From contig NC_134031.1 of NCBI RefSeq assembly GCF_964204645.1, positions 14,309,807-14,373,806 of the forward strand: a DNA stretch of 64,000 nucleotides. Direction: 5' to 3'. The translations under genes and the position numbers were made by a program. Under the pieces are notes generated by a model that did no database searches, was not told the DNA's origin, and saw only the letters and a program-made list of their open reading frames with translations. Source of the stretch: Tubulanus polymorphus (Eukaryota; Animalia; Nemertea). This document shows positions 12,662-26,142 of the stretch, piece by piece; position 1 is the stretch's first letter; each line of letters opens with the position of its first letter.

Positions 12662-13919
12662 CTGGGACCGGTTCCTTTATCGAGACTTAAGTCCAACAAT
12701 GGTTCAAAGTTCAGTACCCTATGAATTCGTACGCGCGATCGTACGATTTCTATATCTCTCTCATGTCACATTGTTGCACATTTGAGAAATGAATTTTACA
12801 TAACTGAAAACTAGAGATTCACTCAGTTTGAATGTTGCTTTAACTGTCAAAATGTATCTGGGGACATGGTTAAACACGCATCGCAAATAGTTTTTAAAAA
12901 AGAGAAATAAATTACCTAACAATACAGGACAAAAGTACCCTAACAAAATGGCGGTTAGCAACTGTAAAATGGTTTATTTAATTGACGCATATTAACTCTG
13001 GTATTAGGACTTTTGGTGATAATAACTGAGACTCATAATTTGCACCGAATTCTGTGATTCAGAAAGTGATAATCAACTACACTGAACTGATAATGCAACC
13101 CTTATGCTGGAAATAACTGGCTGGCAATATATACGGATGTAAGAATTAACTAATTATAATGATTATAATTACCAATGTGTCCCTCGTTTAATTGATATCA
13201 TAGAGTATCAATTTGATGTCTGCCGTCAATCCACTTTGGCTGTATCCGGAATAGTTGGCAAAATGGTGATAATTTCTGTTCACCTCGACAACATTAACAC
13301 CAGCAACACTACCGGTCGCTTGGTCAAAAGACTGCATTAACGACTTGACACTTTTATGAATTCGACATTTACAAGGTTCTACCGTTCTGTTCTACCGTTC
13401 TAAAGTTGATCTCACTGACGGGTTTTAAACCCTGGGGAACTCAAGCAAGCACTTCTGGCAACCACACATTCATTTTCTTTTAGTTCACGTTGTGTCCCTT
13501 ATGACAAACCGATATCATTCATGGTTATATTTTCACATGGACGTGGTTTTCGATTTTGGTGCAGCTACATTATCAGTTTCCCCCGAAATATTTACAGAAG
13601 AACATCATTATCTATTTCAATTTTATTTCATGGAGCGCCACCTGGTGATTTTTCTACTTACCAACGACTGAGGTTCATTTATATATGTAATATCGGGTTT
13701 GGGGGTTTTATGGAAATGCAGGTGTTACTCAACACAGAACTCTTGTCAACAGTTATTGAATTCATGACCGAATAATCAGCAAAGGATCCATAATTGTCCC
13801 CAGTGGATTCCATTATCATTATTATTATTACTTATATTATTGAATTACATAGCAGGTTTCCCCATCATCCTGAATGGCATGGTGCAGCTTTGCAGAAAAC
13901 CCGTTATTACTGCTTCGCA

Positions 13920-13995
13920 GCTATATTTATTACTATTATCATGTAAAACTTACACAGCGCCTTATTCCAAAATGCTCTAGGGCGCGTTACAGAAT
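13920..13995 (-). mobile_element. L2-type LINE/SINE 3' tail
   Basis: Reverse complement tgtaacgcgccctagagc...aaggcgctgtgtaag...ataatagtaataaat, the typical L2 stem-loop plus short-repeat tail. Confidence 0.4.
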
Positions 13996-15745
13996 GTTGA
14001 AGAAGTACAACTTCTTAAGGCAGAGCGGATTTTTCCATATGCTCTACTGGGATCTAAAGAGGGGTCGCATTCATTTTGAAAGCTCCACCCATTGAGTGCC
14101 AAACCTGCTAATAGGGAGTTTGTGATCCCCCAAAAAACCAAATGTTAGCTTGATCTTTGTGTTGTCTGGTGTACAACTTAAATCAACAAACACCAAGTAA
14201 TGAGCACAGTAAGCATGGAGGGAGAATATTGTCATCGACTGAATGGGGGCAGCAGATTTTCAGGTTGGATGAGAATATAAAAAGGGCCAATGCAGCCCAT
14301 TTGGAACCCATCAGAGAGATCGGAAAACTTCAGTTATTTATGAATGACAGGTATAGTAACGGTGACGGTTGAAATCTCGCCCCGAGAGGCCTGTGCACGG
14401 ATATTTAGTATCTCGACTTGTTCCCGGCGTCTCGTACATTAATGACCCCTTGAGACGCCGCGTACATAAATTCCGTGTAGAGTCGCAACCTTTGTGAATA
14501 TTGCGATCGCAAGACGCAGCATCCAATTATAAGATAGCGCGGATGATGAACGAACTAAAGTACGGCGTGGCCGTACGTCAATTCCAAACGCTAAAAAGCA
14601 GTTCCGGATTTACGCTGGCACTCGGTACGTGCGACCATTAATCAATCTTAATTGGTAAAACTTTGTGTAGTCATTTCTCGCATGCCGAGCTGTGGCACTT
14701 TCAACTAACTTTCATCTTTTAGCCTCCAACATCAGAATTAGGATTTTTGGCCATCGCTCATAGAAATCTAGAAATTATAGAAAGATTTCATACATATCGA
14801 ATGCGATAAGTAATCCACAATCAGTGTCCTTCTGAACACTACTAGCGACACCTGGTGGATCCTCACTAGCCACCTCGTTACTACAGATTCAAGTATCTTT
14901 TCATGAAAATGAACCTTGGATTCAACGCCTTATGGATTAACTGCGATAATCCGCACGTCAGCATGTCTGCTGTTATTGCTACTGCTGCTGCTGGTTTTCG
15001 AATTTAACGGTCATCACACGTGACCTGCTTGTCAGCTTACCGTTATTAATTACTCCTCGAAAATAGGGACAGATTATAGTGGAATCTCGGCTGATGATGA
15101 ATCGTGGAGTTTACGTGGTTAAAAATTGTACCATCAAGTTTTAGAGATTCACAAGAAACCAGTTGGAGCCAGTTACGCAGGTCGTGACTTGACCACGCAT
15201 AATAATTAAGACTTTTTAAGATGATTCATGATGATCTGTCGACTTGAGACACGTTTTGGCGTGGAAGTCGGTTGCGAAATCAAGGCTTAATCGTAGTTCT
15301 TTAACCAATGTAAACCAGTTCATCAAGTCGTGAAACCCTGGCCAGTGGACGCTAAACGGCCAATATGACGTCACACGCATCACCTACATTGATTGTTTAT
15401 AATCACGTAAACGAATACCCATATTTGGAGTCAAGTTCGACCCGGGCTCGATGTCAACTCGAGCTTCGATCAATTCAAATAGATTTCTTATCACCAGTTG
15501 ACCCCCAATATATACATAATACATGTTATCTTTACAGTACAGCTGACAAAAACAACTTGCGCTAAACTACAGACCTCAATGTTACAGTAGACCATATACA
15601 ATATGGCGACGATTGTTATTCATGAAGCCAATCAGGCGTATGGAGGTGCACTGATAACAGGAATAATTGAGAATAGCTTATACATGTCTCTGCTGCCTCA
15701 GCCTCTGCCTCTGCCTCCCTCGCCCTGTGTGCCTCCCCTCGTCCT

Positions 15746-15966
<221 letters not shown>

Positions 15967-17404
15967 CGCTCTCCTTTTCTCCGTCGATCGTGAAACTGTG
16001 TTTGATGAAATCAAATGAAATCATAAATCATCAAGTTATATTTCAACAAGTTCGGGAGATTCCTTTAAATAAAATCCCCTCACCTCCGAAGGGAGGGTGG
16101 TTAGGGCAATGGACCCCTCTAACTACATTCATGCACAATCTTCATGGATATAGACACATTGACTTAATGATCAGATTATTGCGTCCACATCCGTCGATTG
16201 TCCGAGTGGACATTGACCAAATCCTCACCGGCCCCGAGACCAGTAAATTAATAGCCACCAGATTCAGGCGGTAATCCGAGCGGTAATCCTCTATTTGCAT
16301 CGCTCAGCAACAGGAAATTAGATACAACTCATTCTAGCCCGACCCGTTTCCCCGTATATATCATCGAACTCATGACTATCCAATCTTTACTGATTTCCGA
16401 ATGAGCAACTTACTTTTATACAAGTCCTGTTGTAATCGGATCTGGACACAGCCACGAGACCACTGACACTGTAATGCCAGTCGCTCGCCGCCGGTCAAGG
16501 CCGCAACCGAAATTGACAATTTCCTAAAATACGGGGCAACTCTCGATACGTGTAGCAGTCACCGCGCTGTAAAACTTACGACCTCCTCAAATTTCTGGTT
16601 ATGAAAAAGTTCTTTAAGGGATCTCCCGCCTGACGGTTTCAGCAATGAATTTTGCTGGCAACTTGAGTGACTTCAGTAAGAGTTCGAATAAGTTGATACT
16701 CTCCTTTCGCAGTGGATAGATAAATAGATTGCTGTATGAAACAGTAATGAGAACAGATATTCATCAATATTTTGCCTAAGAGAAACGCGTATAATAAAGT
16801 GGCTTAACAAATTGATACGATTTTCTCCCACTTTTTCCCACTCTCCCACACGCTTGCTCTCTTTCTCTATCTACCCCTGGACCTCTCTCCCTTTCCTCTC
16901 CCCTCTATCACTCCTTAATTCTCCCCTTCCCTCCTATATCCTTCTCCCCTCTCAACCCCTCTCTCCCACTATCCATCCTTCATAGCAGTATGTAGAAACA
17001 TATTGGATCAATCATTCATCCCCAGTTCCGGATTCGGCGCCAATAACCATAAAAAACCTCGTGACGTGTGAAAAATAATATTCGTGTAATTTATAGCCAC
17101 GTCTCAGATGAATGGACGACATCTCGTTTTATCTCGTGGGATATCGCAATTTCTCGTACAAGAAGGCGCCGTGGACAAATGAGCAAAAAATGATATCATG
17201 GTTTTTTAGCCACTCGCATCAAAAGATTGTGTATTTTGTTACAGGCGGAAAGTTATCGTTCACTTGTTGGCATTTCCACCAGAGTAAAAAGCGGGAGCAG
17301 ATGAGGGTGGGGGTAGATTCATAATAGACCATAGTTTTAACCGTAAATCACGACGATTCAACCTCCATACTTTTTGGTTAGATTGATTTCGTTGATTTTC
17401 CGGC

Positions 17405-17625
17405 AGCTGTGACTAATGTCTATCTATTCATTTTAGATTGTCCACGATCTTTTTGGGATATTTCGCTTAATTTTTGGGTGTGTATACCTCAAATAGGTCT
17501 TAATCGAATCAGCAAAGATGTGCAGTCCAGACAAATCATCGTTTTTATATCCATTTTACACTGTTTAGAAGGATTGATGAATATTCTCGAAAAATTGAGC
17601 TTTAAATCGGCGAGAAAGACCGTCA
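17405..17625 (+). repeat. Dispersed repeat, second copy at 48105-48460
   Basis: ttgtccacgatctttttgggatatttc...ctcaaataggtcttaatcgaat...ttgagctttaaatcggcgagaaagaccg near-identical at both loci. Confidence 0.8.
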
Positions 17626-18059
17626 TTTTGTTCTTTCTTGCTTATTTCTTTATGCAAATATCTTAGTATATCTTAAATCTATATTTCCAATTTTCACAGA
17701 GGTTGAAGAGGGTTATTTGCAGTTTAAGCCGGCGTTAAGATTTTTTGAATATTTTTTCGTGCCGACTGATCTGTAACTGCTTGAGTTTGAGATAACGCGC
17801 AAAAGGGGTCACCCACTGCGCATTGCAATTTCACTGAACATTGAGATTTGCGACAAGAAATCTTTAAATGCAATTTGATTTCTTCACATTTTCCATGGGG
17901 AATTTTTGAGATTGTACGGCATTTCGGCGAGGGCAATTCATTTAGCTGGTTTCGGGATCCGGTTTGTCCCGCTATTGAAGTTTGAACGGCACAGTTGGGG
18001 AATTGTCGTATGCGGCCCGTCCAGCCTTGCGCCGATTATGTGTCCGGTGAAATCATGGG

Positions 18060-18388
18060 CCCTCCCTCTCCCTCCCTCTCCCTCCCTCTCCCTCCCTCTC
18101 CCTCCCTCTCCCCCTCTCCCCCTCCCCTCTCCCCCTATCTCCCCCTCTCCCCTCCCCCTCCCCTCCCCTCTCCCCCTCCCCCTCTCCCCCTCTCCCCCTC
18201 TCCCTCCCCCCTCTCCCTCCACCCTCTCCCCCTCTCCCCCTCTCCCCCTCTCCCCTCTCCCCCTCTCCCCTCTCCCCCTCTCTCCCTCTCTCCCTCTCTC
18301 CCTCTCTCCCTCTCTCCCTCTCTCCCTCTCTCCCTCTCTCCCTCTCTCCCTCTCTCCCTCTCTTCCTCTCTCCCTCTCTCTCTCTCTC
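18060..18388. repeat. Polypyrimidine low-complexity tract with (CTCTCC)-type subunits
   Basis: Almost pure C/T for about 330 bp. Confidence 0.9.
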
Positions 18389-20252
18389 TGATGGGTACCT
18401 CGAGGGACCGCCACAAAATGGCGCCTAGAAACTAGAAACTTATTTCTAGTCACGCATTCGTGTAATACGTCCAAGAATTCTTAAGACTGGTCTTAAGTTG
18501 TTAGATTGGTTATGGAACACAAATGACCTTAGACCCGTCTTAAGATGTTAGATTGGCTACAGAACTAAGATGGTCTTAGGCTGGTCTTAATTTTAAGTCG
18601 TGACTGGCAATTGGAGATTTAATGGTGTTAAAATTAGCTTGACTCCTATGTTCAAATTGACAATCTTGTGCTGGGAGCTAAGTATAAACAAAAACACTCT
18701 TTTGTAGAAAAACATACAACTTTTTCGGGATATAGAATCTCAATCATGACCATATACACGAATGCGCTTTTTATTGATTTTGATATATCAATAAATTATT
18801 TAGATATATCTAGATAACTATCAGTCTGTAGTTGATATATAGGTATATTGATAAAAAGGCAATTTAAGGAGATTTATTTCTCTGTGGCTCGAAACGCGAA
18901 AAGCATCAGAGAATATTTTGTGCTCGTGCGCGATGCATTGAGCATGGCCGCCGCGGGCGAGCTGTTAAAAGGTATTACGATTTAGCTGCGAAATGGTACT
19001 TTCACCGTCGGCTTGTCGACTTGTCGTCACGATTATATTGTCGACAATATGGGTTTTCAATTGCGTGAATATTAAGCGTTCATCAGGACGCCTCGTCTCT
19101 TTTAATATCTGCCTAAAATCCTCGCCATTATCCGCGCACTTATATCGCGCGTTTCGAACGCGACGACCGGTGTCTCTTTAACCGAAATTCTCGCCGGAAA
19201 TATGAAAATCGAATCCGCGTTTCATCGGATTATGTCTCGACTCGGCGTGATGTGCTACTAAACCCTCTACGACTCGTGATCTGCGCATCGCCGAGAACGA
19301 GACATATGGATAAAAGAAAAAGTTTTTGCGCCATCTGCCAACAGTCATGTGACGAACAGACAATTGGAAAACAATTCCATTGATTTTATGCACAGAAATC
19401 CGATGTACAAAATCGAACGGGGATATTTCAAAATTTGTTTTAAGTTCAAATCTGTTTTTTTTTTAACGACAAGAATTTGGCGTTGTTTAATTCAGCAAAT
19501 ACTCGAGTTCAGTATTGGGTAATATCCCCTTCCAGGACTCCGTGGCTCCGATGAAACTGGAATAATCATCGATTTATTGAGCTAATTTTGTTATAATGAA
19601 CTTAGCAATTTATCTGGAATTGCTTTCGGCAGAAAATGCTACGAATTCTCTCTCTCTCTTTCTTCATTATAGAAGTTCTTCTTCTCGAAGCAATGTAATA
19701 CGCCTTCCTGTAGACTTGATATCTTCAATATACATATTACTTGAATTTCCTCTCAATACAATGTAGTATTGGCGAAGTGTGTATGTATGAATAGTGGGTG
19801 GTATTTCATTGATCGATAATAAGTATTGATTCTCCTATCGATAAAAGTCCGATAGCCATTTTGTAATTATTTGATGGCAATCCTATGCGGCGAAGTTTAG
19901 AGGCAGTTCGGGTACCTCGAAACCACTTATCAAACTTGAGACCATTTCCTTGAAGAAAGTATGATTAGTTAGGGCGTTGCCGCACGCATCCCTGACATGA
20001 CGTCACAGACAATAATCAATTCATATTTTCCCGTCCAAACTGGACTTAGTTTTGTCTCGTTATTGTGAGAATATCAACAACTGGTTTGGATCTTGCGTGT
20101 AAGCGTGTAACAGGAATCTTTGAATATTGATTGCGACGCTGTGAAAGTAATCCGAATAAATGACTACATACCTTGATGAAACGTCCGCACTTAGAAAAAG
20201 GAGCTGATAAATCGATGTTTCGGCCTTAATTCGTCCCCAGTGCATACTACAA

Positions 20253-20350
20253 TATTCCTGAACATGTCTATATTAGGATATAGTCGAATATACTATTAGC
20301 GCAAGGAAACATTTCAGATTCTTTCTATTATTGTAGGATTTTATATTTCA
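20253..20350 (+). mobile_element. Family A retrozyme-like repeat copy (internally deleted)
   Basis: tattcctgaacatgtctatattaggatatagtcgaata...agcgcaaggaaacatttcagattc. Confidence 0.55.
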
Positions 20351-20573
20351 TGAAATTATCATTGAAATTTTTATTTTCGAAAATATGGAAAACGCAATTT
20401 CAAGGATAATTGAAAAATATAGGAAAGTATTATGAATACTTACGGTATAAAACGGTTGTTAATCTCATTTTGATTTATCACATAATTTGATATCTCTATA
20501 TTTGATACAAAGCACAATCCTATACTTTAACGCGTAATTGCTCTCTCACTCTCTCTATCTCTCGCTATTTCAG

Positions 20574-20719
20574 ACGATTTTCTGTATCTGTGAAAACTCA
20601 TAATAATCCGACAGCCACACAACCGATCTGTCCCTCACTCCGGGCGCCCCCGAGAGGCACTTTGCAGTAACTATCGATACAGAGCGAACAAGTAACTGAA
20701 TTACGGATACAATTTCACG
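20574..20719 (+). other. Candidate non-coding (5' UTR or lncRNA) exon
   Basis: Long polypyrimidine tract plus tttcag| acceptor and CACG|gtaaga donor; stops in all three frames. Confidence 0.45.
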
Positions 20720-20808
20720 GTAAGATTTCTTTTAATTTCTGTTTTTATTCGTTTGCAAGATTTCAGGGAATGATTATGAAGTCAGGGAATGATGATGATG
20801 ATGATGAT

Positions 20809-20841
<33 letters not shown>

Positions 20842-21834
20842 TGATGATGATGTCAGGGAATGATGATGAAATCAGGGAATGTTGATGAAGTCAGGGAATA
20901 ATGAAATACAATATGGAAATTGCATTGTATAATCGTCGCATTTTTGTCCATTGACTCGAACCACCTTTTGAGCAAAAAGGTCCAGCATCTTTATTTTGGC
21001 TAGAATTTCCAGTCATCAAGGTTTTTGTGGAAAACTGTCTAGTCTGCGCCACCAGGGGGCGTGAGGAGGCGCCGTTTCTTGTTTTTTTGTGTGCTAGATT
21101 GATAACTCTTAACACTGATGGGATTTTCCTCCTCGGAAGAGCGCGTGGCTTTTTACCGTCCGAAAATGGAAGTTTAATTGATCGTAAATTGTTCGTCGAT
21201 GAAGATAGTCATTCTTTTAATGAAAATACGTTGTCAGCGAGGGAAAAAGGAGTGAGGGAGGGTGAGAGAAGGATATTAGGGAGAGGGGTAAGGGAGACAG
21301 GGATTTCAGAGGGAGAGAGGAGAAAGGGATGGATATAGCAGTGAGAATGTAAGAGAGGGAGAGAGAGAGGAGAGAGATAGAGGAGAGAGAGAGAGGGGAG
21401 ATGGAGGGTGTCAGGAGTGGAGGAGAAAGACAGCGAGGTAAGAAGAAGTGAGCATGGGTATAGGAGGGGAGAGGATAGATAGAAGCTAGAGACTATTTTC
21501 AGTAAAACCTCTCTTGTGTATAAAAACCCAGCTGCGCGCATCAGTCAAATTCGTGCAGAAAACGACAACAATTAATATCAACAATGTCGTCGCTATATTT
21601 ACTTAAATAGTGGCGTGTAAAAACGAGGCTGATGGTCGGTCCTTTAACGATCAATATAGTGCGGACGGTATCCGAGAACGAGGCTAATGTTCTGTTCTCA
21701 ATATTGGCCTTTTACCATCAGCGATTATTAAGGCGAAAATAAAAAGATACCTTGTTCTCATCACCACCCACATCTAAATTTTCATGTCAAAAATCATAGA
21801 TGATAACGCAATCGCCCACCCGCGTCGTGATTAT

Positions 21835-22390
21835 CTATTCATTTATTTATTTACTTTTGTGACATACACATATAGATTTACATATAACATATAAATTGGT
21901 GCCCTGCCCAAATGGGCATACAAGTCACAATTGTTTTATAATTATGTGTATAACCTACAGGTCATAAGAAATGTGTAAGAGGGTTAGAAAATAACATAGA
22001 TCAAACACAGTCATGGCCAAATATATACGAAAAACAGAAGAAAAAAGCTACGATAGACAGATAGTACAGGAGAAAAAAGGGGAAAAGTTCTTAGATTTCT
22101 TTATTCAAGCAGATTGTGAAATGACAAATATAAATCAATATTAGAAATGAAATCTGCACGCCCGGTCGTCCTATGAATGTCTTCGGTAAGTTATTATATT
22201 TTCACTAATACTATTTCAAGATCTCCACTCGCAAGTTTAATTGTCTATAGTTGCATGCAAACGACAGTTTGAACCAAAACTACTCCGTTGGATATTGTTG
22301 GTCCTCAAACCCTAAATGGCCGCAAATTCTCGAATGGTAAATTTCATTTCATTGATGAAGTGATGTGTCTGTTAAGTCTTTTATTAAAAT
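21835..22390 (-). mobile_element. Degraded 3' end of a CR1/L2-clade LINE
   Basis: Minus-strand KIYNNLPKTF (RT C-terminal N.LP motif), an AT-rich 3' UTR with cttgtatgcccatttgggca hairpin, and a (TAAA)n-like tail. Confidence 0.4.
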
Positions 22391-23231
22391 TGTTTCAGTT
22401 CCTGCATCCGGCAATCATAAAAACTTCGAAATCGTTTTACTAGACAGCATCGACAACCGAAGAAAATATTTTTGTTAAGAGTCTTTTTTAGAAAATCTAT
22501 CTTGGATTAATGATGATTCTTGAAATTATCAAAAACGTGTGTTCCCAATTTATATTTATCGACATTATATTGTTTCAAGTTTTTATTTTCTCTCAGAAGG
22601 TGTTTGGAATCTTGCTAAAATTCCTTCATGGGATTAGTGAGTTATGACCTCAAAGATGAATGAAATACCCGCAATCGTCGAGGGAAATTAATCATAAATC
22701 AATTTTATTTGGACTTTGTTATTGAAAAAAGAAAATCGAAATTAAAACTATCCCATCCTCGTCTTATTCAGCTGTCTTGCCGTGATGAGAACCAAAGCAT
22801 CTTATTTGTTTTGCCCTAGCTGATGTACGGTCGGAGCCCCCCCCCCGCTTCTCGTACTTGGAGCCAGCTACAACCGAGCAACCAGAAAATGATCACCACC
22901 AAGTTAACTTGACGGTTGAGTTCAAACTTTGCGAGTATCAGAAAGAAACAAACATCCGCAAATGTTGTTTGTATCAATGTAGGTCTTCTCTTCCGTCGAT
23001 GTTTTTTTAGCATTTTCCATCACTTTTTCTTCCCGAAGATTTTCGGAAATTTGTTGAAACATTATTCGATTTCTAGATCCTATCATCTCAACAACACCAG
23101 AAACTTTTGGACCAAATTCTAAATTCGTAAGTTAAACGGGCCACTTATTGAACTTGAGCTTTCCAAATTTAGCAAAGAAAGTTGGAAGTGGGTTCTGGAG
23201 TTTAATTAAGCCATTACTAATTATGATACAG

Positions 23232-23602
23232 AGATTTCAGACTCGTTTTATTCTTAGTGCGCGGGATTTAATATTATCTCTACAACAGGGACTCGAGTGT
23301 TTCATCAATGGTTAAAATGAGGACAACATCATTATTCCTGAAGATGACTATTAGGACATAGTTTAAACGTTGAATGAACTACTAGCTCAAAGAAACATTT
23401 CAGACTCTTTTTATTCTTAGTGTGCATGGATTTCATATCATCTTTACAACACGGATTCGTGTGTTTCATTTAATGATTACAATGAGGGCAGCATCAGTAT
23501 TCCTGAAGATGATTATTAGGATAAAGTCGAACTTTTGAATAAACTACATCAGCTCAAGGAACCATTTCAGACTCGTTCTATTCGAAGTGTGCTGGGATTT
23601 TA
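23232..23602 (+). mobile_element. Tandem ~165-bp repeat carrying degenerate minimal type I hammerhead motifs (retrozyme/Penelope pLTR-like, family A)
   Basis: TATTC-CTGAAGA-T-GACTAT-loop-ATAGT(C)-GAAA-like-CG-TH-GAAT at 23333-23376 and 23498-23541; period 165 bp. Confidence 0.7.
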
Positions 23603-24419
23603 AACCAAAGTTAATTCTCAGGATTTTGCCGGCGTAAAATCGTCGACTGAATGAATAGATGGGAACGAGTCACCTCGGGATGTATGGAGACGTTTCTATA
23701 AATTATTCAACAATACGCATATCTAGGCACGTGACTGTCATCGTTCTTTTCATCATCAGATCCTCCCGGTGTTGTAAAACGAAAATGACAACCGGGTGTC
23801 GAAACATCAAACGTCACTGTTACCGCGTGTTTAATTATACGTACACTAATAGACGCCGTGTACACGTTAACGTTAACGTTAACGTTAACGACGTGACGTT
23901 CAACGGAAGGCAGGTAACTAACATCACGTAGCCGTAACTGTTCATTATATCAGATACATTGCTGTGATTGGTTAATTACACATAATCGGTAACAGGTGTC
24001 GTATGTATTCACCGCATCTGTGGCGAATCATTAACTGATGATCGATGAAGAGACTGAGAAAATATGACAGTTTTTCTTCGCAGACGACAAAACTTCTTGT
24101 CTGACGCGGACAACAATCTGTCATCAGGTGCCGATCATATAGACTCTCTCCATGTGGCGACATCGGAACGGATTTCTATTTGTTAGGTCGGTCACGATTC
24201 AATGCTGTCCTATAACTGGGTTCTGTTTTTGTACGATTCTACCTGTGCGTCCAATATCCAATAATTTTGGAAGGTTGATCCGATATCCGAGATCATAGGA
24301 TCGGGGCTATATAATCCACGAGAACGTTTCTTGAAACTGAACAGTTATAGTTGACTCCACTTTAGTCTTCAAGAGAGAATTTGTCAGAATTTAAGGAGAT
24401 GTGCGAGTTTTATGATACA

Positions 24420-24735
24420 TGTACCATCCAACTCAGATATATATATATCACTCTCAAATCTAAAGATCCGACTTGAGCGGAGTCCACTCTGTCACCCAAC
24501 TCAGATATCACTCTCCAATCTTAAGATCCGACTTGAGCGGAGTCCACTCTGTCACCTAACTCAGTCTATATCTCTCTCAAATCTAAAGATTCGACTTGAG
24601 TGGAGTCTATACTATATCATCCAACTGAGCGGTCTTAAGTCAAAAGATCAGAGACTGAGTAGAGTCTTCATTGTCCGATTAATATTCAAGATTAGACAAA
24701 TCATGTCTGAAAAGATCCGAATTGAACAGAAAGTC
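24420..24735 (+). mobile_element. Left array of ~60-bp units (foldback-type element arm)
   Basis: Tandem units gtaccatccaactcagatatcactctcaaatctaaagatccgacttgagcggagtc; the reverse complement matches 27784-27953. Confidence 0.7.
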
Positions 24736-25862
24736 TATTGAACTGATTTTCCTACAACGTGCAACGATCCGGGCGTTTTACGCTCACAAAACAACCCGCC
24801 TGGTCTCGTCTTTCTGAATGGAAAGCTATATTCTTTGGCAGCGATGTTGTGCCGCTATTGAAATTTTCTACGCCATAAGTATAAGAGAATAGAATGTTAA
24901 TTGTAGAAGAAAACAACACTGAAACATAAAAATCCAAGTCAAGTTCACTTTGAAGAATTTCATGAATTCTATGATCAGTACTAAGTGTTGACCATATTGG
25001 ATTGATTGTGCATGTCACTTACAAACATAAAATAAAGTCACATAACTTCAACCGATCCCGATTTTCATTTCAGAATAAATCATTGTCTTTCTGTAAACAA
25101 AACAAAAAGCAATAAATACGTTAATAAGGAATATTCGTAGAGGAGGCGGGTGTAGAATAAGAGTACTTTAAGGAACCCAGCTCGCTGCGTCCAAATAAAT
25201 AGTTCACCTTTACTCGTCTCGCTGTAGAGAAATTGTTGATATGTAATCTGTTATTTCGAAAAGAAATAATTTGATATTCAAATTTAACATTTCCATCATT
25301 AGTGTTTATTCAAAATGTCAATCATTTTATATTGTTATTGGAAATTTGTTTATTTGGAATGGATCTATGAAAATGCAAAGGAGGAAACCTTTCAGAAAAT
25401 ATATTTTACATTCATTACGATTTGGTCAAAAATATTTCGTGTTCTTTCTCTACGAATAATACACATCAGTCTAAATTCAATTGATAAAAGGAATAATTTT
25501 GTCGGTTCATTTGTTCAATGATAAACTAATTGTACTTTACTTTTAGAATAAATACATGTATCATCAACACTGTGGGTTTCGTTTAATCATCAACTTTGAA
25601 AAACATTGACAATACAGAGTCCATCTGTCATTAATCGCTTCGGTCGTGCTCTGAACAGCAATTATACTAAACCCTACGGGTAACCAGGGAAGTGTGATGA
25701 GAAGGGAAGTCTCATCACACTTCCCTGGGGTAACTAACTATGCGAGCAGTCGTCAACACTCGTATTTGTTATTTCAAAAACAATAGATTCCTTGAATTGA
25801 ACGCGTTCGGCCAGGAATAGTTTGGCTGGCTTAAACACGTCCGAGGTTAATTACTCGTTAAG

Positions 25863-25895
25863 TATAAAAACGGCCACCAACCCGAAACCAGTCAC
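25863..25895 (+). promoter_or_regulatory. TATA box and initiator-like element of the EF-hand gene
   Basis: TATAAAA at 25863-25869, followed ~25-30 nt later by Inr-like CCAGTC; ~100 nt upstream of the ATG. Confidence 0.6.
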
Positions 25896-25963
25896 ATTCG
25901 GCGTCAATAGCGCATAATAACTGGTCGAGTTTCAAGAGCGAGAATTAGCAAACAATCTACAAA

Positions 25964-26142
25964 ATGGAGATGGACTACGGAGACGTTTTCGAGCCACTTA
26001 TCGATGAGTATCAAATCGGGAAAAATACAAACCGAAACTGAATCGCGTCGTAGAACTATTCGTCGACAACGATTCAGATGGAAACAAACGTCTTTCAAAA
26101 GAGGAAATGTCAAAAGTGATCAAAGACAAAAAATATCTCGAG
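25964..26142 (+). CDS. EF-hand gene exon 1 (coding part, EF-hand 1; contains the frameshift)
   Basis: The ATG frame stops at TGA 26039-26041. The -1 frame from 26020 reads EKYKPKLNRVVELFVDNDSDGNKRLSKEEMSKVIKDKKYLE up to the donor GAG|gtaatt at 26142/26143. Confidence 0.75.

Noticed and set aside
26018-26024. Canonical programmed -1 slippery heptamer G GGA AAA
   Set aside because: It is out of register with the ATG frame (read GGG AAA AAT), and no obvious downstream stimulatory structure was seen.
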